A DNA stretch of 64,000 nucleotides from Octopus sinensis (lineage: Eukaryota): positions 37,448,001 to 37,512,000 of the forward strand of contig NC_043001.1 of the NCBI RefSeq assembly GCF_006345805.1, given 5' to 3'. The translations under genes were made by a program, and so were the position numbers. Of this stretch, positions 24,373 through 37,326 are shown piece after piece. How positions within the stretch are numbered: the first letter of the stretch is position 1; every line of letters begins with the position of its first letter. Under the pieces are notes generated by a model. The model was given only the letters and a program-made list of their open reading frames with translations, was not told the DNA's origin and did no database searches.

Positions 24373-25061
24373 GTAAGTGTATATAAATGTTGACAAACTG
24401 CCAGTTGGTTTTTTTTGTAGATAGCTGATAGCCAGCAGTGGTGGTGGTAGTGATGGTGGTGGTGGCGGTGGCGGCGACCGTCGTCGTCGTCGTGGTAATC
24501 ATAATAATCACATCAACTATCGTTGGCAATGTATATGCTTGTGCGTGCAAGCATGAATTTATTATACATATATATATACACACACATATATGGATTGCTA
24601 CATAAATATACATAAAAAGACATCACACACATGTGCACGCACACACACACACAAATATCATCATCATCATCATCTTTATCGTTTTATGTCTACTCTTCAT
24701 GATTTGGGTGAGTTCCTATTCAGAAGTTCAGAGGACCACCTCTCGCTTATACATTTCATTTTTGGCTTGCTTTCTACAACTGGATGCCCTTCCTATCACC
24801 AACCACTCATTTATTGTGGTACCAGCACTAGAGGAGTTGTCATGCTCTTGACAAGACTAAAAGATCCTTTCCATACGATGCCATTTCCATTCATTCACTA
24901 ATCTGTTTTCATAAACTGCAATAATAGATGTAGAATTTTACATATATATATATATAATCCGGTGACTGTTATTGTTGTTGATGATAATGATGCTGAATGT
25001 AGTTGTGGTGGTGACTGTTGTCAACATCGTCGTTGTCATTGTCATGTTTGTCGTCATCATC

Positions 25062-25294
25062 AGCGGCGAGCTGGCAGAAACGTTAGCATGCCAAACGAAA
25101 TGCATAGTCGCATTTCGTCTGCCATTACGTTCTGAGTTCAAATTCCACCGAGGTTAACTTTTCCTTTCATCCTTTCAGGGTCGATAAATTAAGTACCAGT
25201 TATGCACTGGGGTCGATGTAATCGACTTAATCCGTTTGTCTGTCCTTGTTTGTCCCCTCTGTGTTTAGCCCCTTGTGGGTAGTAAAGAAATAGG
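25062..25294 (+). mobile_element. Family B SINE with 14-bp TSD
   Basis: TTGTCGTCATCATC at 25048-25061 and 25295-25308. Confidence 0.9.
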
Positions 25295-25402
25295 TTGTCG
25301 TCATCATCTGTCACTGTATAATGATATGGATAGATTTATTCCATACTCCCCCATTAGCTATTTTAAACTGCTGAATATCATAAAACAATACATTGACAGT
25401 AT

Positions 25403-25800
25403 TACTCTTTTACTTGTTTCAGTCATTTGATTGTGGCCATGCTGGAGTATCACCTTTAGTCGAGCAAATCGACCCCAGGACTTATTCTTTATAAGCCTAG
25501 TACTTATTCTATCGGTCTCTTTTGCCGAACTGCTAAGTTACGGGGACATAAACACACCAGCATTGGTTGTCAAACAATGTTGGGGGGACAAACACAGACA
25601 CACAAACGTATACACACGTACATATATACATATATACAACGGGCTTCTTTCAGTTTCCGTCTACCAAATCCACTCACAAGGCTTTGGTTGGCCCGAGGCT
25701 ATAGTAGAAGACACTTGCCCAACATGCAACGCAGTGGGACTGAACCCGGAACCATGCGGTTAGTAAGCAAGCTACTTACCACACAGCCACTCCTATGCCT
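25403..25800 (-). mobile_element. Family A SINE
   Basis: Full-length reverse copy. Confidence 0.9.
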
Positions 25801-26181
25801 ATACATATACATATATACATTATGTATATACATTTTTTAATGTACTTTTGTTGTGTGAAATATTTTTTTTGCTCATTTTCTGTTTTTTATTTTTCTTTAA
25901 CACAGCAGTAGCTTGTTTTACACGTTGATGCCCTTCTTTCTCATATTAACCGGGCAAGTTGCTGAAATTAGACCTATGCATAGCACAATCATTATGCAGA
26001 GTTAGATCATATTTAAGGAAAGTCTGTTTTGCAACACATATTGGCTTATTTATAATTTATTGTGTTCTGGCAATACCATTTTCCTTTGTTTTTTTTTTTT
26101 GATAGGATATTTTGAATGTGAATTGAGTTGTTCCTGATCTTGAGAATGAAAAAAAAATTTTTAATAATTAAGTACTCTTAA

Positions 26182-26401
26182 CCCTTTTGTTACTGTATTT
26201 ATTTTGAGATGTTCTGTGTTTCTTTCAATTATTTTAAATATAGCAAAGAATTTAGTAAAATAATTTAGTTATTATTAAGCTAGTGCTAGGAATGTAAATT
26301 GTGACTAAAGCTTGGTGGAATATTTTAATTCAAAACTTATGAAAACAAGACATTTTACCACATAGCCAGAGCCGGTTTTGGCCGGGTTAGTAACTAAAGG
26401 G
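26182..26401. mobile_element. piggyBac-type MITE
   Basis: TTAA|CCCTTTTGTTAC ... GTAACTAAAGGG. The same family is at 46466-46646, inserted at a TTAA inside a family D SINE. Confidence 0.75.
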
Positions 26402-28699
26402 ACTCAAATACTGACTTCATATGTTCCTCATGTCTTCAAATTTATAAGATAAGATAAGATAATTGTTTACTTGCCTAATGTAATTATTCATGCAGCAGCG
26501 TGACTTTAAAACAGATACATTTAGAAAGATAAGGAAAACTCACATAATTATAAAAGCTTTCCCAGTGTACTCAGTATCTTAATAGAACATCACTGAGGCA
26601 AGTGGAGAAGTTTAAGTATCTCATATCCATGAGTAATACAGAGGCAGTAGGCTGAACTGGGTGCTAGAATTGCAGGTGCTGGCATAGTAATGTGCTAGTA
26701 TCAGCAGTTGATCCTCAGAAGAGGAGAGATTGGTAAAAAAGCCAAACTTGCTGTCTTCAGTTTGGCATTTGTACCTATCCTCACAAATGGTCATGAATGT
26801 TGGATAATGAATGAAAGAGTATGATTGGAAATACAAGCAGCTGAAATTGTGTTCCTCTGAATGGTCGCTGTAGTAATGTTACTGAACAGGGTGTGTAATT
26901 CAGAGATCAGGGTATCTCTCAGGTTGAGCTGCTACTTCTTGAGATCAAGAGGTTACAGCTCTAAAACTGCAGTTTGACTGCTGCAGGAAAAGATTGCAAG
27001 ATATATTCTTCAAGTTGGTTCAGCCGGCAGAAGACCTCAGGATAGGCCACAAGTGAGATGGTTGTATAATATCCATTGTCTCAGTTGGTCATGCTTGAGA
27101 ATCTAACAGGAGGTTTAATGATAGTTGCTTCTAATAAGACTCTATGGAGGAGGTGTCTGAGGACTCTACCCACATGATGCTCTCGGGAATAGTGAGTGAT
27201 AAAAAAAAAATGGATGGTTAGAATATATAAAAACTATGAAGTTAAAATGTATACAGAAAAGAATATTCATACAGTGGAACTAATTTGGGAACAATCACTT
27301 CAGTGGGTTTTTGTTTAAATGTTTAAGGGGTTCATTGTGCCAGAGAGGGAAGTGGAGGACATTAATTTTACTGATAAAAATTTAGTGGCTGTAAATCTGT
27401 AACCGATGAGATCTTTGTAAAGCTTGATAATATGAGAATTATGTATTAGGAATAATAAAGTGTTATTCTAATAGAAACAGGAAATATAATAATATATTTC
27501 CTGTAACAGGAAATATATATTATATTTTGTATATTATAAATATATATATATTTTATATATTATAAACAGGAAATATAATATTATATATTTTATTTTCTAG
27601 CTTTGATTCAGTAAGCAAAACAGATTGTATTTAGATATTCCAACAAAAGATTAAGTTAAAAAATACTTTTCATGAATTTTAAGGAATAATACATAGGCTT
27701 CCTAGTAAAGGATATTTTGCTTTAAACAAGTGAATGCTGTTTGTGGTTATGAAAAAGCAACTAGTATAGATATTTTTTTCTATTGAAATAGTCACATATA
27801 AGAATAGAATTCAATGTAAAAAGTTGTCCATTTAACTTGATTATCAAATCTAGTTCCAAAAATAAAAGATATTTGATTGACTTCATATTTCAACCAAAAT
27901 TTAATCAGAATAAACTAAACCACAGTGAATAGATTGTAGTTTCATATCAAGGACATAATGCACATAGATATTTGATACAATCTAATAAGAAAAATAAGAT
28001 TAGGTGGCTTTTGGGCTTTTCTCAAGGGTATTAGCAATATACGACAAATAAAGTGAAATGGGTACAATTGATAATCAAACAATATCTGGGTCTCAACATT
28101 TTGATCCAACAGAATTCAATACCAGAGACATAAGAAAAGTATAAGAAAAGTTTTCAGTTATTATTTTTGGCCATATATACATTTGACAATACATTACTGA
28201 TGACTGCAATGGTTGGGTAGGTAGGAGAAAAAGGAATAAGTATTGCAGTGGAATTGACTGTGCTAGGAACATAAATAAACGAGACATATGTAATGAAGTT
28301 GTGCCATATATTTGTAGTTGATGGTAGTTATGTCAGATATAGAACATGTCATTTCACATATATCTATAATACTGTTCAGGAAAGAATGAATGTTGCACAA
28401 TTTTATTTTCCTTATCACTTCAGTCTGATTATTGTAAATATCTAAGTGTATAACATGACAATAGATTAGCAAATAAGCATCAGATTGAGTATTTCAGAAA
28501 AAAAAAAAATTATTGTGGTACATAAAAAGCACCCACTACATTCTCGGAGTGGTTGGTGTTAGGAAGCACATCCTGCTGTAATAAACTTGCCGAATCAGAT
28601 TGGAACCTGGTGCAGCCTCCTCGCTTGCAAGTCCTCAATCAAACCGTCCAACCCATGCTAGGTATGGAAAGCAGACATTAAATGATGATGATATAGTCC

Positions 28700-29250
28700 C
28701 CAGCCCATCAAGAATCACCACTGAGATGCTTAAAATATCTAGTGGTGTGGGTTGTGGTCCAGTCACCTGTATTGTAAATCAGGTGGTTCACGAAGGAGTC
28801 ATACCCAATGACTGGTGTAGCAGCACCTTAGTAAATGCTACAAAAGTAAAGGTGATGCCTTTGACAGAAATAATTACAGAGGTATCAAATTGTTGGATTA
28901 GGTGATGAAAGTTATGGTTAAAGTCATAGCCCAACTAATTAGGCAGAAAGTTAGTCTAGATGAGATGCAGTTTGGTTTTGTGCCAGGGAAAAGCACCACT
29001 GATGCTGTATTTCTGGTAAGGCAGCTGCAGGAGAAATACATAGCAAAGATAAACCCGTGTACTTGGCCTTTGTTGACCTGAAGAAAGCATTTGACAGGGT
29101 GCCTGATCCTTTATCTGGTGGTCAATGCAGAAGCTAGAGATAGTAGAGTGGTTGGTGAAAGCTGTACAAGCCATGTACAGGGATGCTACCAGTAAGGTGA
29201 GAGTTGACAACGAGTACAGCAACGAATTCAAGATACAAGTAGGGACTGCA
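28700..29250 (+). mobile_element. RTE-clade RT fragment
   Basis: ITTEMLK...IPNDW..., then QFGFVPGKSTTDAVFLVRQLQEKY...AFVDLKKAFDRV across frameshifts. Confidence 0.85.
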
Positions 29251-29926
29251 GCCATGCTGGTGTACAGCCTCAAGAGATTTAGCTGATTACATCACCCCTC
29301 TAGTACAATGCCTGGTATTTATTTTTTCAGTCTTGTAAAATAAAGAGTAAAGTCAGCATTAGTTTAAAGGGACAGAACTGAGGAAGAATGAAATATTTTT
29401 TTTTACATGACTCACCAATTCTTCCATTCTAAGTTGATACACATACATGTATGAATATATTTATGTGTGTGCATATCATCATCATCATCATCATTTAACG
29501 TCCATTGTCCATGCTGGCATGAGTTGGACTATTTGACCAGGGCTGGTTAGGTTAGGGGTTGCATACTCCAGTCTGATTTGGCATAGTTTCTACGGCTAGA
29601 TGCCATTCCTAACACCAACCACTCTGAGCATGTAACGGCTGCTTTATGTGCCACTGGCATGGGTGCCAGTTGCATGAAACCAGTATCTGTCATGACTATG
29701 ATTTCTCTTGGCTTGATGGGTCTTCTCAAGCACAGCATATCAACAAGGGCCTCAGTCATTTGTCACTGCCTCTGTGAGGCCCAGTGCTTGAAAGGTGCTT
29801 TTTACGTGCCATCAGCATGGGTGCTACTTAAGTGACACCAGCATCGGCCACATTGTCTCTATGAGGCCCAACACTTAAATGGTGCTTTTTATGTACCACC
29901 AGCATGAATGTCAGTCACATGATACT

Positions 29927-31649
29927 GCCTTTAGTCGAGCAAATTGACCCCGGGACTTATTCTTTGTAAGCCTAGTACTTATTTTATCAGTCTCTTTTGC
30001 CGAACAACTAAGTTACACACCAGCATCGGTTGTCAAGCGATGTTGGGGAGACAAACACAGACACACAAATATATACACACACATACATATATAATTTTTT
30101 TTTTTAAATTTTATCTTATTTAGTTTCAGCTCACAAGCTGTAGCCATGCTGGGGCACCGCCATTTGGTGTTGCTACATGATTTTACTTCATGAATGCTTT
30201 TTAGCAAATGCCATCTGGTGCATGAGAGAGTTCGATGCAGCTGCCCTCATCTGCACCTCCTGCTGTGAAGTTGGTTCATCTGGGACACCTGACAAGAAGA
30301 GATCCAGTTTCATTTTAAAGACATCTGCATCCACCCCATGCAAGTCTCTTAGGTTCTTCGGGAGGATATTGAAGAGCTGTGGGCCTCGGAAGCCCAGGCT
30401 ATCACAGTATCTTGTCCTACATCTTGATGGCAAATTTGGAGTCCTTGGCACTATGCAGTGGCGCCTAGTTCTGGCATTTGTGTAACTCTCGATGCCAAAG
30501 TTTGGGACAAGTCCTTCTAGGATCTTCCAGATGTATATTATGGTATATCTTTCTCGCCTATGCTCTAAGGAATAGAGTCTCAATCTCTTGAGTCTTTCCC
30601 AATAGCTTATATGCTGCACAGAGGCTATCTTCTTCGTGTAGCTTCGTTGGATCGCCTCAAGTTCTGTGATTAACTTGACACTGGATGGTGACCATAGCTG
30701 AGAGCAATAGTCAAATTGGCTTAGGACAAGTGTCCTCCAGAGGACCATCATGGTTTCCTGGTCTCTTGTTCTAAAGGTTCTAAGAATCCATCCGGTCAGC
30801 CGCCTACATTTCGTTGCCAATTTAGCTACATGCACATGAAAGGTTGCATCATCACTCATGTAAATACCCAGGTCTCGCACTCATTGTGCCTCTGGGATTG
30901 CAATCCCTCCAGGTCCAGTGTATTTATTGGGTATTGCATTTAGTTTTGCATGCTGATAGTATAAACCTTGAAACTTTTCAGCATTGAACTGCATGCTATT
31001 CTTTTCAGCCCACTTGTATATTTTGTCCAGCTCACATTGCAGGTGCTTAGTGTCTTCAGGGTTCTGTATTGCCTGTGAAACTTTTGTATCATCTGCATAA
31101 CTTGTGATCGTGGCTCTCTGCGTGGCTGAGGGCAAGTCTGAGAGGGCCATTATGAACAGTAGTGGTCCCAGAACAGTGCCTTGCGGAACACTGCTCACTA
31201 TTTGCGTGTTAATGGAAGTGGCCCCATTAGCTACTACCACCTGACTTCTATCCTTCAGAAAGTCATGAAGCCATTCTCCCAATTTTCCAGCTATGCCAAG
31301 ATCACGCAGTTTGTGACATATCATTCCATGATCGACTTTATCAAAGGCCTTTGCAAAGTCGAGATATATGACTTCCACATGTGAGTGGTTGAGCAGTCGT
31401 TTCAGCACCCAGTCATAGTGTTGTAGGAGCTGAGTTAAGCAGCTTCTTCCTGGTCGGAAACCATGTTGGGTGTCAGGCAGCAAGTCAACAGGCTTCTTTC
31501 AGTTTCCGTCTACCAAATCCACTCACAAGGCTTTGGTCGGCCCGAGGCTATAGTGGAAGACACTTGCCCAATGTGCCATGCAGTGGGACTGAACCCGGAA
31601 CCATGTGGTTAGCAAGCAAGTTACTTACCACACAGCCACTCCTACGCCT
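29927..31649 (-). mobile_element. Family A SINE split by a CR1/L2-group LINE (head 31649-31486, body and tail 30093-29927)
   Basis: Head ends GAAGCCTGTTG and the body resumes TATATATGTATG, continuous with the intact family consensus. Confidence 0.85.
30094..31485 (-). mobile_element. 5'-truncated CR1/L2-group LINE, about 430 codons of RT with one in-frame stop (TGA, 30881-30883)
   Basis: QHGFRPGRSCLTQLL, YLDFAKAFDKVDH, VPQGTVLGPLLF, YADDTK, VRDLG and YCSQLWSP motifs. ORFs 30881-31483 and 30188-30880 are in the same frame. A-rich tail. Confidence 0.95.
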
Positions 31650-32876
31650 GTTAGATAGGTGGCAATGTGAACTGACTTAGGTGTATTTATCTACAACAAG
31701 AAATTTTCTCCATGACAAAACACAGTGAATGGCTTATTTAAGAGTTCAAACTTGCCACTGGCATATTTGAATCGGTAATGACACTGTTTACACTAACCAG
31801 ATTTCTTTCCTCATCTTGACTGTTGCTTTCATTATATTTCAGCTGTTATGTGCTCCAGCTTTTTTCAGGTGATTTGTGTTGAACTCGGTTGTAGTATCAG
31901 AATTTTGATACAGTGTGCAACAGCCAAAACATAGTGAAAGTAGCAATCAAGATGAAGACACCAGTCTGACTAATATAAGAAGTATACATAATATAAATTC
32001 TTCATTGCAGCAATATAGAATTATGTTAATCATTTCATAGTGACCGAGACCTTTGGAAATATGCTGTGCTTGAGAAGACCCGGCAAGCCAAGTGAGACCA
32101 TAACCTCGTGGCCTATGCCAGGGGTGTAACCAACCCACTTATGCGTACCTTTCCTTCAATGGACATTAAACTCTGCTTGCAATGACCTGTTGAGGCAAGT
32201 GAAATCGAAATCAAATTCGATGACTGGCATCCGTGCTAGTGGAGTGCTAAGAGCACCATCCGAGCATGATTGTTGCCAGAGCAGCTGACTGGCTTCCATG
32301 CCGGTGGCATGTAAAAAGCACCAGTCGAGCATGATCGTTACCAGCGTCGCCTTACTGGCACATGAAAAAATATTTGAGCAAGGTCATTGCCAGTGCTGCT
32401 GGACTGGCTCCTGTGCAGGTGGCACAGAAGAATCACCGTTTGAGCATGGCCATTGTCAGTACCACCTGACTGGCTCTCATGCAAGTGGCACATAAAAGCA
32501 CCCACTACACTCTCAGAAGGGCATCCAGCTGTAGAGACTCTGCCAGATCTGATTGGAGCCTGGTGCAGCCATCTGGTTCGCCAGTCTTCAGTCAAATTGT
32601 CCAACCTATGCTATCATGGAAAGTAGACATTAAGTGATGTTGATGATGTGCTGTTTATATATTTTGTTATATAGCCCTAGCACAAATAAGCCAACCTATA
32701 CTCAAATACCTTCTACCATGTGAGTCTAGAAAATGCCATATCTAATGTGTCTTTCCCTTTATTTGAAACAGTAAGGTGTGCTTTGCGGGATATTTGGCTG
32801 TTATTTCTTGCATTTAAACATTTAGTGTATTGATGTACCATAATGCCCTTAAAAGGTTTTACATATTTTCCTCCAG

Positions 32877-33059
32877 GTCCTGGTATTCGACCCAGCTCGG
32901 CAATGCGACCAGCAACATCCTACATACCTACCTTCCATTCACCCACAGGGAGCAGACCTAGTACAGGGCTCCGACCTCACTCAGCAATGGCAACAGCAAC
33001 ATTCCATGCACCAATGACATCGTCACCAGAAGTATACACTCATGGATATGAAAAAACAG
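32877..33059 (+). CDS. LRRC56: LRRC56 coding exon D (RPSS/RPST low-complexity region)
   Basis: ctccag|GT CCT...ACA G|gttaaa. Encodes (S)PGIRPSSAMRPATSYIPTFHSPTGSRPSTGLRPHSAM...YEKT. Phase 1 to 1, fitting both neighbours. The donor is weak. Confidence 0.75.
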
Positions 33060-34212
33060 GTTAAAACTATTGTCAACTTTTCTTAGGTAACACATTGGAT
33101 CATTGGGACACTGGCTTTTCATGCAGGGCAGACCTGAGGCTAAGACAAAGGCAACAATGACAATAACAACTCACCGCTCCATAGAGGGATATTCTAGAGA
33201 TGTTGTTTAACCTTATGTCTGACCACATTGAGTAGATTTATCGTTAAAAGTAATTCAACTGTAACTATTCATCATTTTGCATGTCTGATATTACATTGTC
33301 CAAAGTGGCTTTTCCTTTTTTCAAAATATGTTAAAATTTGAGGGTAATTGAATTGAACATGTAGTTTGGTTTTCTTTTTCTTTTTTTTTCCCCATTTTTT
33401 TTGGCAAGTCTGAACAGCTGTTTACATTTCAAGTGCTTCTAACTGCTGACTATGAAATTGTAGATTAGGAAAGGTACTTCTTTTCAATATTCTTGTGCCG
33501 AACTTCTAAACAAAATGCACCAGCAGTAAAACAAGATTAGACTCAAAAATATGATCAATAACAACAGTATTATACTTGAACTTCATAGCCATCTGTGCAT
33601 GTAATCATGTATGTAGTGTGTCTGTATGTGTGTGTGTGTGAGTATGCATAGATAGTTAGATATTTGTGTGTGTATGTATAAATGTGTGTATAATATATAT
33701 ATATATATATATAGTAGAAATATGTTACAAAAAGAAAATATAAAATACACGTGGAAATGTAAGGGTAAAATATGAAAAATCAACGAAAATGCACATTGCA
33801 AATAAAAAAAAAAGGCTTTTTATGACAGGTAACGACAAATATATACATTTAGATGGACTGAGGTAGTAATAAAAGTCGTTATTATGAGATGATAATAAAG
33901 TAAGAGAACAAAGCGTACCATGGTTTCGTATATATGTATGTGTGTGTGTATATGTTTGTGTGTCTGTGTTTGTCCCCCCAACATCGCTTGACAACCGATG
34001 CTTGTGTGTTTATGTCACCGTAACATAGCGGATTGGTATTTGAAGAAAAGATAATTTGGAGGGAAGAAGGTGGGGAAATATTTTAATAAAGATATCCTTG
34101 GCCTGAAGAGTAACCTTTGGTACACACCTCACTTGGATTTTTACCACTTCTGGGGTTCCACCTGCTACAAAACATATGTAGCCCAGATCTTACCTACTCC
34201 ATTCCATAACTC

Positions 34213-34251
<39 letters not shown>

Positions 34252-34536
34252 ATATATATATATATATACATATAATTAATTAATTGATTAACTAATTAAT
34301 TAGTTAATTACTTTAAATTCACCTTACTCTAATTAAATATTCTGAATTACTTGAGATACTTGTCCTGCCTTGGTTTTGTTGTCCTTTTTCCTCTAATATA
34401 CACCTGCTAACTCAGAAGCCTACTATGGATCTCTTGCTCCAGCTCAGCTGTGAACTTGGAACCTAACAGTTGACCAATTATAGCACTTACACAGCATACC
34501 TATTCATTTACATCACCAATGAACTAAACACCCCAT

Positions 34537-34607
<71 letters not shown>

Positions 34608-34609
<2 letters not shown>

Positions 34610-34783
34610 TTCCCTGGTTTGGGCATCAGGATGATAACAGACACACAGAAATTGCCATTTATATATAATATATATATATATATATCATGATGATGATGAT
34701 GATATATATATATATATATATATTATATATAAATGGCAATTTCTGTGTGTCTGTTATCATCTAGATGCCCAAACCAGGGAACC
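34608..34783. repeat. Near-perfect palindrome (about 80-bp arms, (TGA)n loop) built from a Helitron-like 5' end
   Basis: GGTTCCCTGGTTTGGGCATC..GATGATAACAGACACACAGAAATTGCCATTTATATATAATAT is mirrored at 34703-34783 with about 2 mismatches. Confidence 0.9.
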
Positions 34784-35512
34784 AATCTTCACCAAACTTT
34801 GTATACATGTTGAACTAACATCCAGCTCAATTATAGACTAATTGGATTTCAATAAAAACCAATAATGGACCTATTACGGGAGTTGGGCTATAACATGATA
34901 AAATGAGAGGGCTGCAAAAGTGTTAGGTTCTGGGAAATGTGGCATAATGAGGGTGGCTGATATTAAGGAAGGGGAGGAGACAGGAAGAGATAGACACACA
35001 GGTAATGTGAGAGACAGACAGAGAGAACGACAGACAAGGACACTTCCATATATATAAAAGAGAGTTTGTATGTGTACGTGTATCTTCCTTATGCATTTGA
35101 AAACTGAGTTGCTGATTTTGACGTATGGGATATCAAAAGATTCAGTAATCTTACTTCTACCAAATAAACTGTATTTTCATTTACGTATTTGCATTACAAA
35201 AATTTTACATTATAACCTTGTCTATAAGTCAACTATTGTAGACATTTTATACCATGACGATAACGACGACGTCACATTTTCTATGAGTGTGCACCTTAAA
35301 AGACATCTATTTCTCTATATGTTATGAAGAAATACAGTCACTCACTTTCTTTCTCACATGCACACGCCCACATATATACAAAACAATGTATGCATATGTA
35401 TTTATGTATGTGTATATGAAAGATAACGTGTATGTGTGTGTGAGAGAGAGAGAGTGCGTGCCACTTACACCTACATGCAAAAAAAATACATACATGACAA
35501 CACACACCTTCA

Positions 35513-35578
<66 letters not shown>

Positions 35579-35890
35579 CACATACATACATCTTTCACTG
35601 TCTCCTCTATTTCACTTTCTGCTCTCACTTCAAAGCAAATGTCACCTTTTCACTTTCTCTTCTCTTTCAATTTTTGCTCTCTTCAAAGCATAAAGAAATA
35701 AAAAAAAATTACGGAAATTAATGAACCATCATATGATGAAGTTGATAACTTCCCTGCTTCTAATGAAAGAATGCTGTAAAATAATTTCCTTTGGCACACA
35801 CACACTCTAGGTAAAACATCTGTATGAATTGTTATTTCTTGCTATGTGCAAGCGTAAAATTACATACATATATATACACACATATATATG

Positions 35891-35927
<37 letters not shown>

Positions 35928-36129
35928 CAATAACAACAGCATTTAGCAAGAAATAAATTTTGAGAATAATGATGAAGGTTATTGGACACATCACATAACT
36001 TTCAGGCTTGTTTTAGAATTGTTCAGAATAAATGCAAAGTACAAATATGTCTATGAAAATCTGTATACATGTAGAAGTGTGTTAGTAAAGAAAACACAAA
36101 TTTATAACGAACATATGTACATTTTGCAG

Positions 36130-36266
36130 ATGTTTTTGAGTCTCCAGAATCGATCAGTGATCTTACAGATGGTTCTGTATTCTGTGGAAATCCTTCCAAA
36201 GCCTTGCGCTCACGAATTAAACAGAAGGCATCTCCTTCAAAAGAAGAGAAAATTCTTCTTCCCCAG
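36130..36266 (+). CDS. LRRC56: LRRC56 coding exon E
   Basis: ttgcag|AT GTT...CCC CAG|gtaaat. Encodes (D)VFESPESISDLTDGSVFCGNPSKALRSRIKQK, matching the conserved LRRC56 motif SSLTHGAGQVLCGNPTKGLRERR. Phase 1 to 0. Confidence 0.9.
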
Positions 36267-36557
36267 GTAAATGACACTGTTGCAATTTATTTTTATTTAT
36301 AATGAAGTTTGATATTTAATTTTAAAAATATATAAGTTTAAAAAGCCTGATATTGTTTATTTGAACCATATTTTCTTATTTCAGTTTAATTTTTCTGAGT
36401 GTTCGATATAAAAAAAAAATAAAGATTTGTTCTTATGTTTCTTGCTGTTGTGTTCTTGTTTGTGGAGATTAAAAATTGTTTTGGCCTAGGATCACTAGTT
36501 TAATATGTGAGTTGCTAGGTTTCTTTAAATATAGGTAGGATACAAGAGTAGTGGGAA

Positions 36558-36723
36558 AGGAGTGGCTGTGTGGTAAGTAGCTTGCTTGCCAACCACATGG
36601 TTCCAGGTTCAGTCCCACTGCGTGGCACTTTGGGCAAGTGTCTTCTACTATAGCCTTGGGCCGACCAAAGCCTTGTGAGTGGATTTGGTAGACGGAAACT
36701 GAAAGAAGCCTGTCGTGTATATG

Positions 36724-36756
<33 letters not shown>

Positions 36757-36972
36757 CTGTGTTTGTCCTCCCAGCATCGCTTGATAACTGATGCTGGTGT
36801 GTTCATGTCCCCATAACCTAGCGGTTTGGCAAAAGTGACCGATAGAATAAGTACTAGGCTAACAAAGAATAAGTCCTGGGGTCGATTTGCTCGACTAAAG
36901 GCGGTGCTCCAGCATGGCCACAGTCAAATGACTGAAACAAGTAAAAGAGTAAAAAGAAGAGTAAAAGAGTAA
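36558..36972 (+). mobile_element. Family A SINE
   Basis: Full-length copy. Confidence 0.9.
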
Positions 36973-37326
36973 AAATGTTGTTGGTAAAAATAGGATATAC
37001 ATTTGCAAAAACAACATTGAGTTGCAATGTAATTTTAGTCAGCTTTAATTATTCAAAGTTTATATAGAGTACTTAGTTGTAGATTTTGTATTTAGCCAGA
37101 GAGTTGTTAAAGTGTGGATTTTAGTGAATGACTTGAAATGGAGCAGAACACATCTTTGTAGTGATGCCTGGGCTGCCAAGAGAATTTTACTATGATTTTA
37201 TAGTAGACATAAATGCATATAGATTGTCTCTGAGGCGATATACTAATCAGTTATGTATTTTGTACTCAAAAAGGGAAGAATTTTATTTTATAAGAAGATC
37301 ATATATTTTACTGATATGTTTTAAGT

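Noticed and set aside
27470-27600. ACAGGAAATATA...TATATTTCCTGT local hairpins and repeats
   Set aside because: Small slippage or fold-back products within AT-rich DNA, with no evidence of function.
34095-34145. CTGAAGA followed by a GTAACC-TTT-GGTAC hairpin
   Set aside because: No GAAA after stem II and no stem III, so the core is incomplete.
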